Virus record (IMG/VR): IMGVR_UViG_3300046758_000519
DNA: 20,000 nt
Strand: one strand, 5' to 3'
Origin: an uncultured virus (IMG/VR IMGVR_UViG_3300046758_000519)
Taxonomy: Duplodnaviria > Heunggongvirae > Uroviricota > Caudoviricetes
Part shown: in pieces, positions 1 through 7,955 of the stretch
Position numbering within the stretch: position 1 is the stretch's first letter
How the letters are laid out: every line of letters begins with the position of its first letter
Made by a program: the position numbers and the translations under genes
The notes under the pieces: model-generated
The model's database searches: none
Seen by the model: only the letters and a program-made list of their open reading frames with translations
Told to the model about the DNA's origin: nothing

Positions 1-1330
1 AATATGAATTTCCAACTACTTTTTCTAATATAAGATCATTTTTGGTTTCTGATTGTTTATCTATTTTTCTTGCTTGATTTATTCCAAGCATATTTTCATC
101 TGATAACAATTCCAGATCGTCTGCATAATCTCCTGCGAGTAATTTTGCTACATTATATGCTATTAAATTTTTATTAAGTTTTTCACGTTTTTGCTTTCTT
201 ACCGAAATTTGTGATATATTATATGCTAACTTCATTATTACATAATAAACTTCTTCTAAAAACGGTATTGTAATAGGATGATCAGTACGCAATCCGTGGT
301 GTGACAAATCTTTTGCAGGCATTCCTTTTTCATCCAACACTTTGCTTAAATCATCACACTCTACATATCCTATAAAATTATGAATGTGTCCCAAGAAATT
401 TGCATTATCAAGTTCGTTGCCAGTTTCTTTAGATAATCTTTCGAGTGTTTTATCTATTATGTCTGCATTATTTAAATGTAGATCACAAATTTTTACTTCA
501 GAAATAAGTTCGATTGTTTTGATCGCACTATTTCTTTTTTGTCTTCTAATACGTCTTCCTTCAATTTCATTCAAACGAGCAGTAAACGAAGAATTCATTT
601 TATTTCCATTATTTTCGTATTCAAATGCACGTGTAATTGATCCACGATAATTTCCATGCAGATCAATTGAAAATTTTAATGTTTCTCCTAAAAATACTAT
701 CTCAAGCATTTTCTTTTGCTTTTGATATGAAATTACCAAGTGAGCAAAAAATTGTAATAATTCGTGTCTAACGTTTTCTTTAAAATTTGTTTTTAAGAAG
801 TTTTCATTTACATTCAATATACGAACTTCTGTTCCACTTGTTGTCTTTATAGCAGATAACTCTGATGGAACTTGTCTAATTGAAGGAGAATAGTCATCTA
901 GAAATTCAACGTCGGCAGGTGGATTATAGTCTACTATAAAAGAATTACCATTTTTATTTTTTGTATGAATTTGCCAATGTATAGAGTTTACTTTAGATAG
1001 TTTATCATTACTGATTTTACCACCCAACCCCATCGCACCCAATTTAGGTCCAGAACCACTTGCATTAAGATCATATGAATTTCCGAATGTAAAATACTTT
1101 TCAAAATCATTCATATTTGATTTACCATCTTTTACATCATCAAATCCACGACCATTATCAATAATTTTTATTAAACTAGAATCACCTTCCCGAATAATTT
1201 CTATTTCACAGCTTGTTGCTCCATTTTGTAAACTATTTTTAGCAAGTTCAGTAAATGCCTGTGGAAAGTTTACAGTTGATTGTAAAACCGATTGTATATT
1301 TGCCCCTGTTCTTATTTTTATGTTGTCCAT
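1..1330 (-). CDS. GHKL-superfamily ATPase (HATPase_c_3 / prokaryotic MORC-like), 3'-truncated by window edge
   Basis: Not in the ORF track. Manual translation from ATG 1330 stays open to position 1 (>443 aa): MDNIKIRTGANIQSVLQSTVNFPQAFTELAKNSLQNGATSCEIEIIREGDSSLIKIIDNGRGF... The Bergerat-fold motifs occur in order: ELAKNS (ExxxN), DNGRG (DxGxG), GAMGLGGK (GxxGxG), SGTEV. A later FIGYVECDDL segment resembles the S5-like domain of prokaryotic MORCs. SD GGAG at 1338-1341. Confidence 0.85.
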   Translation of the reverse strand, partial: MDNIKIRTGANIQSVLQSTVNFPQAFTELAKNSLQNGATSCEIEIIREGDSSLIKIIDNGRGFDDVKDGKSNMNDFEKYFTFGNSYDLNASGSGPKLGAMGLGGKISNDKLSKVNSIHWQIHTKNKNGNSFIVDYNPPADVEFLDDYSPSIRQVPSELSAIKTTSGTEVRILNVNENFLKTNFKENVRHELLQFFAHLVISYQKQKKMLEIVFLGETLKFSIDLHGNYRGSITRAFEYENNGNKMNSSFTARLNEIEGRRIRRQKRNSAIKTIELISEVKICDLHLNNADIIDKTLERLSKETGNELDNANFLGHIHNFIGYVECDDLSKVLDEKGMPAKDLSHHGLRTDHPITIPFLEEVYYVIMKLAYNISQISVRKQKREKLNKNLIAYNVAKLLAGDYADDLELLSDENMLGINQARKIDKQSETKNDLILEKVVGNSY

Positions 1331-1362
1331 CTTTTTTCTCCGAAGTATGTTATTTCTACTTT

Positions 1363-1371
1363 TATAAATAT
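1363..1371 (-). promoter_or_regulatory. Candidate phage promoter element ATATTTATA upstream of the GHKL ATPase
   Basis: Recurrent intergenic motif, ~30 nt upstream of ATG 1330 with an SD in between. Confidence 0.45.
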
Positions 1372-1414
1372 AAAAATAATTACTTTTTTTAATTTTAAAG
1401 CAACGAAACTGTGC

Positions 1415-2140
1415 TTACTCTAAATTATATTTTTTAAGAATTTCCGATTTACAAAAAGGTAACATATACTTTTGAATAGTTTTATTTGTTAGCAATGAAA
1501 TATACTCGTTAAATAGTGTTTTATCTAAAATCTTTTGTTTTGTTTTAATGTTTGGTTTTTCGTATTTGTATTCTTTATTTTTAACATCTACTCCACATTC
1601 TATAAAAATATCGTAGGTTGAGTTGTTTATAAAATTATATTGATCTATTACTACTAATTTCGCACATTTTACATTTGATAATAATTCAATTAAGTGAATT
1701 ATATTTTTTTCAAATTCACGCACACACTCCTGATATGTAAGATGTCTGTTTTCCCAACTTTTTTTTTGTTTAAATTCATCAAATGTAATATTCGCATACT
1801 GAGGTGATTCTCCTTTTCTCATTTCATACCAACTTCTTAAAAGTTGATTAAATTCACGAACGCATACCAAAACCAAAGTTTGCTTTCCGTAGTTACCTAT
1901 AAATCTTGCTACTCTGTTTAATGCGTTTTTATCAAAAATCCATCCAGGTGTTTTGCAAAATTTATACTTCCATCCACGTGGACTTATTCTAAACATCATA
2001 TTACGTGCTTCGTTTGGAATATTTGGATTTGCCTGAACTACACGAAAATTACTATTTGAAAAAAAATTAGCCATGTGCATAGTTGCACACTTAGGTCCAC
2101 CAACTACTACCACATTTTTATATGGCAAGTTGTTATTCAC
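1415..2140 (-). CDS. PAPS-dependent sulfotransferase (P-loop type, Sulfotransfer_1/3-like)
   Basis: 5'-PSB-like VVVGGPKCATMHM and 3'-PB-like LVCVREFNQLLRSWYEM. The track start (GTG 2212) overlaps the upstream gene by 80 nt. GTG 2140 is more plausible: AGGA lies upstream and it overlaps the upstream TAA (GTGAATAA). Confidence 0.7.
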   Translation of the reverse strand: MNNNLPYKNVVVVGGPKCATMHMANFFSNSNFRVVQANPNIPNEARNMMFRISPRGWKYKFCKTPGWIFDKNALNRVARFIGNYGKQTLVLVCVREFNQLLRSWYEMRKGESPQYANITFDEFKQKKSWENRHLTYQECVREFEKNIIHLIELLSNVKCAKLVVIDQYNFINNSTYDIFIECGVDVKNKEYKYEKPNIKTKQKILDKTLFNEYISLLTNKTIQKYMLPFCKSEILKKYNLE

Positions 2141-3110
2141 TTTTTTTCCTGTGTTTTCTACGACCTTCACCTCTAGGTTTTCTACGACCTCGTCTTGCTC
2201 GTTTTTCCGCACGATATGCTTTTGTTAAAGGTCCTGGTTTCATTTCAACGATTTCATTCGGAACAGTCATACCGTCTGGTACATCTCCTTTCCACATATC
2301 GTGACGAAGCATATTCCATACTTTGCGTTGATGATAATCAAAGTGTTGAAGTCCGTTTGCAGTCATTTCGTCAATGTTGCTCCATCCTACGGTACAATTA
2401 AAGTGAACAATAAAAGCATCTTGTTCTGCTCGTTCACGACCACGATTCTTGATGTTGCGTTCCCAATGAACTCCTTGTGGATAACCATTTGCACTAAGTT
2501 GTACATAATTTATATCATCTGGTTCAATCGCACGGTGCAAACGAAGATTAAGAAGCATCATATCTTCTTTGAACTTGCGTTGCTTGATTTCTCCATCTTC
2601 GTTTGTTTCAATGTATCCTCGTTTGAAATCTTCTCGGTCTATGTTAAACAAATGAATTGTTTTTGCATTGCTTTTAGCATAAAAGAAACCAGGACAAATA
2701 CTTGCTCCTCCTGCAACTTGAAATGCTACATCAAAATTTCCTTCTTCGCAAATTTTTTCAAGGTCTGATAATGGATTTTTTAGAAAGTTGATGTCGGTAT
2801 CAGCATAAAGAACATTGTATCCTTGTGTAAGCAACTGATGAGTTGCTTCCATTTTGTTCCACATCAAAGCATCCCATCCTTTTTGATGAAACTCTGATGT
2901 TGTTTCTATATGAAAGTTCGGACTTATCCAACGCACACTTTCAATATCTTTTTCTTCGGACATACGTTCAAATGATTCGTCATCCAGACAATACATGATA
3001 ACCATGTTTTGCATATTCAATGCACGAATATACTTTACCCAATTTAAAGCAAAGTCTAAATAACCACCATTAACGTAAGACAACAATTTTGTCTTCGTTT
3101 CATCACCCAT
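2133..3110 (-). CDS. Nucleotide-diphospho-sugar transferase (Nucleotid_trans / GT77-like) with Arg/Lys-rich C-terminal tail
   Basis: GYNVLYADTDINFLKNPL (DxD), CPGFFYAKSNAKT and AFIVHFNC are typical of the PF03407 family. SD AGGAG at 3119-3123. Confidence 0.8.
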   Translation of the reverse strand: MGDETKTKLLSYVNGGYLDFALNWVKYIRALNMQNMVIMYCLDDESFERMSEEKDIESVRWISPNFHIETTSEFHQKGWDALMWNKMEATHQLLTQGYNVLYADTDINFLKNPLSDLEKICEEGNFDVAFQVAGGASICPGFFYAKSNAKTIHLFNIDREDFKRGYIETNEDGEIKQRKFKEDMMLLNLRLHRAIEPDDINYVQLSANGYPQGVHWERNIKNRGRERAEQDAFIVHFNCTVGWSNIDEMTANGLQHFDYHQRKVWNMLRHDMWKGDVPDGMTVPNEIVEMKPGPLTKAYRAEKRARRGRRKPRGEGRRKHRKKSE

Positions 3111-3131
3111 TTATTTATCTCCTATTTTGTA

Positions 3132-4157
3132 TTATACACCTGCTTCTTTAGAATAATTTAAACTTGCGTCTTGTTTTCCTTCTTTGATTTGCTGATAAAT
3201 CCAAGCATATGTTTTTTCTAAACCTTCTTGTAATCCGACACTCGGCTCCCAACCTGTGACTTCTTTGATTAAAGTGTTGTCGGAATTTCTTCCACGTACA
3301 CCTTGGGGTTTTGTTAAATCATATTTTCTTTCAACTTCAATACCAGCAATTTTTTCAATCATATCAATAAGTTGATTGATGCTGACCATTTCACTACTTC
3401 CAAGATTCAATGGTTTAGTATAATTACTTTCCCACATTTTATCCATTCCTGTGATGCAGTCATCAATGTACATGAATGAACGAGTTTGTTCTCCGTCACC
3501 CCATACTTCAATTTCGTGATTTCCACTTAATTTTGCTTCAATGATTTTACGACACAACGCAGCCGGTGCTTTTTCACGACCACCTTGCCAAGTGCCATAC
3601 GGACCATAAACATTGTGATAACGAGGAATGCGAACATTCATATCATAATCTGCTTCATAAAAGTTGGTAAGAATTTCGTTGAATAATTTTTCCCATCCAT
3701 ATCCACTTTCTGGATCAGCAGGATACGCATCAGGTTCTGCTAATGCTTGATCGGCTGCACTTTTAATTTCGGTTTGTTTGTAAGTAGGATATGCACAAGC
3801 ACTACTACTATAAAGAAAGTCTTTAATTCCATGCTCTTTGGCTGCTACAAGCATATGAACATTAATAAGAACACTGAGCATACATAGTGCGTGGTTGTTT
3901 TCAATGAAACCCATTCCACCCATATTACACGCAAGATTGTAAACCATGTCCATGCCTTCGGCTGCTTTCATGCAGTTTTCACGCAATTCAAGATCAAGAA
4001 CAAGTTGTTCTGTTCCAGCAACAGGTTGATACCACTGCTCTAATGGTTTTTTGTCAACTACACGCACATTATGACCTTGCTCTTTAAGGTCTTTTGCTAA
4101 GTGGCCAGCAATAAATCCACCACCACCACATACAAGTATATTTCGTTTATCTGCCAT
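3132..4157 (-). CDS. gme: GDP-mannose 3,5-epimerase (GME-like extended SDR)
   Basis: GGGGFIAGH Rossmann motif, NLACNMGGMGFI, SSACAYP, YGWEK (YxxxK), GGREKAPAALCRK, WGDGEQTRSF and GVRGRNSDN are GME-family signatures, including the catalytic Cys and Lys. Confidence 0.88.
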   Translation of the reverse strand: MADKRNILVCGGGGFIAGHLAKDLKEQGHNVRVVDKKPLEQWYQPVAGTEQLVLDLELRENCMKAAEGMDMVYNLACNMGGMGFIENNHALCMLSVLINVHMLVAAKEHGIKDFLYSSSACAYPTYKQTEIKSAADQALAEPDAYPADPESGYGWEKLFNEILTNFYEADYDMNVRIPRYHNVYGPYGTWQGGREKAPAALCRKIIEAKLSGNHEIEVWGDGEQTRSFMYIDDCITGMDKMWESNYTKPLNLGSSEMVSINQLIDMIEKIAGIEVERKYDLTKPQGVRGRNSDNTLIKEVTGWEPSVGLQEGLEKTYAWIYQQIKEGKQDASLNYSKEAGV

Positions 4158-4194
4158 GTATATAATTAGTTGTTATAATAAGTTTTTGATATAG

Positions 4195-4839
4195 TTATTC
4201 TCCAAATTCATATCCAAAATACCCAATATCCTTTGCATACTTTTCCGCAACGATTGAACGAGTTTCGTCATCGTAATATTCAGTGTAGTGTTGATGTTTT
4301 GTTGGATTTCTATGTGGCAATTCAATTTTTGGTATTTTTAGTTTGCCACAAATATAATCAAAATCATATTGCATATCTTCACACCTTCCAACAAAGTTTG
4401 TAAGTTTTCCATGATTTGAATTAAATACAAAATCTATTTGAGGAAAATCGTGTGCATAATAACAACATTTAATTCCATTGTTTTTTACAAAATGCTTAAA
4501 CGTTGGATACTTTTGATCAAAATCTTCGCAAGTACATCCACCTACTTTTTTAATATAAAAATATTCACTTAAAAATCTTTCCCACGGATTTCTGACAAAT
4601 GTAAAAGTAAAATATTTTTTTTCATTTTCAGTTTTATATTGATCAATTTTACGATGCTGAACATCAACATTCCCATATTTGTACCATAAACGAAATTTCT
4701 GTTGTTCTTCTTTTGTGAGATCCCATTTCAATATTCGTTCTTCGGGTATACCTTCGTTTTTTAACAATGTTTGTTCTACACTCGTTCCACCACATTTAGG
4801 AATGTGAATAAAAATAAATTTATGTTTATGACTTATCAT
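4195..4839 (-). CDS. Carbohydrate sulfotransferase (Sulfotransfer_2 family)
   Basis: FIFIHIPKCGGTS (5'-PSB), FTFVRNPWERFLSEY (3'-PB), C-terminal HYTEYYD...YAKD...FGY. ATGA overlap with the upstream gene. Confidence 0.88.
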   Translation of the reverse strand: MISHKHKFIFIHIPKCGGTSVEQTLLKNEGIPEERILKWDLTKEEQQKFRLWYKYGNVDVQHRKIDQYKTENEKKYFTFTFVRNPWERFLSEYFYIKKVGGCTCEDFDQKYPTFKHFVKNNGIKCCYYAHDFPQIDFVFNSNHGKLTNFVGRCEDMQYDFDYICGKLKIPKIELPHRNPTKHQHYTEYYDDETRSIVAEKYAKDIGYFGYEFGE

Positions 4840-5612
4840 TCTGTGTCACTACATTCTGTGTTAAAATCTGTATCAAGCATTTGCTCTCTAGGCAACACAC
4901 TCAATGATTTAAGTTTTTGAATTGAATATTCATCTTCTTTAACACCTTCAGGAATAAGTTCTGTGTGAATATAGTCAGATGATGTTAATGTTCTTTTGAA
5001 CTTTGCATTGTTGCAATACAAATACAATAATCCAATTTCAGTTTGAGGAAATGCAGTTTGCATCTTATTTATGAACTCGTTTAAATGTTCATCTTGATTC
5101 GTTGAATGAACTCTTTTCAGTTGTCTTTTTTCATCTGCTCTAAAAAACAATATTTTGTTGTTGCTTCTAAGTTGCGAAGCAAGACGTTGCTGACGATTAC
5201 CGAATACTCGTTTTACATCTTCCCAAATTGGTTGTATATCAAGTTTGTCAGCAGTTTTCCAAGTTTGCAATTCTTCTTTTGTCATTGTTTCTTTAAACCA
5301 CACATCTGCAAAGTGTGGATAATAAACATTCGGTGTATCTGTGTGCCAAACAATTTTGTTGCGAATTTCGGTGCTTCGTGGTGCAATTTCGTTTTTAATT
5401 TCCCAATCATTTATGTCATCGAAATAATTTGCAAATCCACTTGACATTAAGTCTGCGGTTTCAGTGAGTCCTTCAACTGTATCCATGTTATCAAACGGAC
5501 TTGAATAATAACGAACTTCTGCGGAACGTGATATTCCTAAAGTATTGCATTTGATTCCTAAATTAACGACAATATTCCAGTCTATATCAAATATTTTTGA
5601 TGTTTCTCCCAT
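4836..5612 (-). CDS. DUF1796-like protein (putative papain-like cysteine peptidase fold)
   Basis: N-terminal VVNLGIKCNT...VRYYSSPFDNM matches the SLGxxC...R...PFDW pattern of DUF1796. Later YYPHF, RQQRL and KILFFR also fit. Confidence 0.6.
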   Translation of the reverse strand: MGETSKIFDIDWNIVVNLGIKCNTLGISRSAEVRYYSSPFDNMDTVEGLTETADLMSSGFANYFDDINDWEIKNEIAPRSTEIRNKIVWHTDTPNVYYPHFADVWFKETMTKEELQTWKTADKLDIQPIWEDVKRVFGNRQQRLASQLRSNNKILFFRADEKRQLKRVHSTNQDEHLNEFINKMQTAFPQTEIGLLYLYCNNAKFKRTLTSSDYIHTELIPEGVKEDEYSIQKLKSLSVLPREQMLDTDFNTECSDTE

Positions 5613-5616
5613 GTAA

Positions 5617-5625
5617 TATAAATAT
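5617..5625 (-). promoter_or_regulatory. Candidate phage promoter element ATATTTATA, 4 nt before ATG
   Basis: The same 9-mer and the same 4-nt spacing occur at 18381-18389. No SD is present, suggesting a leaderless transcript. Confidence 0.5.
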
Positions 5626-5632
5626 AAGTTAG

Positions 5633-5647
5633 AGAGTTTTTATAATA
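5633..5647. promoter_or_regulatory. 15-bp intergenic element AGAGTTTTTATAATA (identical copy at 15833-15847)
   Basis: Exact 15-nt match, 7 nt from the ATATTTATA motif. Confidence 0.5.
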
Positions 5648-7174
5648 CTAAATATACTTTGTAATTGGATTTCTGTAAAATATTGCATCATTTTTTAAAC
5701 ACTCAAAAAGCAATGTTGAGAATTTTGATAATCCAGGTGCAAAGTGTTTTGATTGCATTATATAACAAATATCAATATCTATATTTTCATTAGAAATTAT
5801 CTGCACATTGCAATTAAACGAGTTTAATTTTTTGAGAATATAATCTACAAACTTCATACTTTCATCGTAACATTCTTCTGTGTAAAAGTAATTTCCTGTT
5901 AGTTCATCTGCTCCAAAATTCATAGCAGTAACAATTTTTACATTTTTCACAGTTTTTAAGTAATCTTGGTTTTTTCTAAAAAAGACTTTATATTGAAGAT
6001 ATGACCAATCTACACGATTATTAATTTTATCTTTTCCGTTTATATCAAACGAATCTCCTAATCTTAAATGAAGCACCAAATCTTCGTGTTCTGGTTTCTG
6101 TGTGTATTTAGTTGCATGATTCAACGCAATTGTTTTAAAACACTCAAAATCTTGTTCGTGATTCATATTCATTAAATAATCAAACAAAATCGTATCTTTA
6201 TATTCAGAGTTATTTAATATAGCATCTCGGTCTTGTTGCCAACGATTTCCATCCATGTAAAACAAATCTGCAACTCGGTATACTTTATTTTCCTTGAGTA
6301 TTTTAATGCCACTTTTAATATCTTGTTTTTTGTATAAGTTTTTTTTATGAATAATTTTAGTATTTGGATATTCACTCAAAAATTTTTTTGTTTCTATTTC
6401 ATCGTTTACAGGTAAACTTAAATTAGTGATGAAATTTGTATTGTGTATATAATTTAGCAACTTATTTTTCTTTGCATATTCATAAAGTGCTACATCGTAA
6501 TTTAAAAATCCGTTGCATCGTTTTCTTCGTTTTGGTTTTAGTGAATCGTGTTTGAGTGTATTGATTAAAAATTTTTTTGATTCGTTTATTGTATTCTGAG
6601 TTAATTTACTATTTTTATACAAAGCAACTCCATTGACGTGGTTTCCACCATAATATTCTTTGTATACTTTTTCTTTATTTTCTCCTTTATATTTACTTCC
6701 TGCTATAATGAATTCGTTATTTTCACAATAATCTAATAGTTTATCAAACCAATCCAAACCAACACTCATTGTATCAGATTCAAGAAGCATAAAATTTTTG
6801 TATTCGGACAAAAAAAGATTATTAAGAGATTTGTAAAAATGAAAATTTACTCCGTGTGAACTTCCCATAGGAAATTCATTTAAGTTTGTTTCGTTACCTT
6901 CTATGGAATAAAAATTTTCATGATTCGGAATATTGTTATTTTTAATAATAACATCATTTACATTTTCACATTTTTTATATTCTTTAAGTTGAGCAATTAA
7001 CCTTCGTTTTCTTTTTGGAAAGTTGTCGAAATAAAATAGTATATCAAATTTGTATTCTGATTGTATATTTTTGGTAATATGATTTACACTTTGTTTTAAT
7101 TGTCCGTTTTTAAATTCAGAAATTGTAGTTATGTAAAATAAGCACAAACTTTTTGTAATTTGTTTTTGAACCAT
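5648..7174 (-). CDS. Two-domain protein: uncharacterised GT-A-like paralogue domain fused to a fucosyltransferase-like (HxRxGD) domain
   Basis: The N-terminal ~280 aa is homologous to ORFs 9802-10653 and 11278-12111. The C-terminal part has DLVLHLRLGD (HLRLGD at 6053-6070) and DIDICYIMQSKHFAPGLSKFS, which resemble GDP-fucose-binding motifs of GT11/GT23-type enzymes. ATG 7174 (AAGGA upstream, just after the previous TGA) is preferred over the track start 7219. Confidence 0.65.
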   Translation of the reverse strand: MVQKQITKSLCLFYITTISEFKNGQLKQSVNHITKNIQSEYKFDILFYFDNFPKRKRRLIAQLKEYKKCENVNDVIIKNNNIPNHENFYSIEGNETNLNEFPMGSSHGVNFHFYKSLNNLFLSEYKNFMLLESDTMSVGLDWFDKLLDYCENNEFIIAGSKYKGENKEKVYKEYYGGNHVNGVALYKNSKLTQNTINESKKFLINTLKHDSLKPKRRKRCNGFLNYDVALYEYAKKNKLLNYIHNTNFITNLSLPVNDEIETKKFLSEYPNTKIIHKKNLYKKQDIKSGIKILKENKVYRVADLFYMDGNRWQQDRDAILNNSEYKDTILFDYLMNMNHEQDFECFKTIALNHATKYTQKPEHEDLVLHLRLGDSFDINGKDKINNRVDWSYLQYKVFFRKNQDYLKTVKNVKIVTAMNFGADELTGNYFYTEECYDESMKFVDYILKKLNSFNCNVQIISNENIDIDICYIMQSKHFAPGLSKFSTLLFECLKNDAIFYRNPITKYI

Positions 7175-7175
7175 A

Positions 7176-7955
7176 TCAAATATCCTTTGCGTATCCAAAG
7201 TATTTGAAATCCATATCATATAATAATGATATTATTTTTTGTGTATCCTTATTGTAGTATTCAGTATAATTTTTATGTTTACTTTTATTTGTTTTCTTTA
7301 AAGTAACACTTGGTATTTTAATTTGTTTACAGATAAAATCAAACGATTTTTGTAATTCTTCGTACTTACCTATATAATTTAGTTTAGGACCATCATAATC
7401 CCACGCATAATGAGTAAAAATGATTTGTGGTGGAAATCCATTTTCATCACCTTTTTCTAAAGCACTGTGCACAAAATCATCAAAAGAATTTATTCCACTT
7501 AATATTTTATTGACTTGTGAATATTCTTCCGTTGGTTTATTCAAAAAAACATTGGATAATATTGAGTCTCTGGTTCCACTGCTCATAGAATTATCATTTA
7601 ATTCTTTTTTTAAATTTTCTTCACTTTTATATTGATCTAAAACTTTTTTTCCATACGGACTACATTTGTATTTATCGTAACACTCCTTTACATACAAAGA
7701 ATAAAAATAATGAGAAACAAATCGGTCATATGGATTTCTTGTTAATCCACAATAAAAGACATTCTTCATGTTTATTTTATTTGATTTAATCCATGCATCT
7801 ACATTCCACACACTTGGATGATAATCTTTCATACCACCCAACTCTATAAATTTAGATGTTTCGTAATTAAAAAATTTATTAATATACGATGAAATAGTAG
7901 TGGTTCCTGTTTTTGGAATTGCACTAAATAACAATTTATGTTGTTTGTATATCAT
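7176..7955 (-). CDS. Carbohydrate sulfotransferase (Sulfotransfer_2 family)
   Basis: LLFSAIPKTGTTT, GLTRNPYDRFVSHY, YIGKYEEL, YTEYYN...YDMDFKYFGY. Confidence 0.85.
   Translation of the reverse strand: MIYKQHKLLFSAIPKTGTTTISSYINKFFNYETSKFIELGGMKDYHPSVWNVDAWIKSNKINMKNVFYCGLTRNPYDRFVSHYFYSLYVKECYDKYKCSPYGKKVLDQYKSEENLKKELNDNSMSSGTRDSILSNVFLNKPTEEYSQVNKILSGINSFDDFVHSALEKGDENGFPPQIIFTHYAWDYDGPKLNYIGKYEELQKSFDFICKQIKIPSVTLKKTNKSKHKNYTEYYNKDTQKIISLLYDMDFKYFGYAKDI

Noticed and set aside
1398..1416. Possible hairpin aagca-N9-tgctt after the sulfotransferase stop
   Set aside because: The stem is only 5 bp and overlaps the stop codon, with no convincing U-tract. It is too weak to call a terminator.
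2141..2212. 80-nt dual-coding overlap implied by the track start of ORF 1415-2212 (similarly 7175-7219)
   Set aside because: Downstream starts (GTG 2140, ATG 7174) have SD-like sequences and abut the upstream stop codons, so the long overlaps are probably artefacts of longest-ORF calling.
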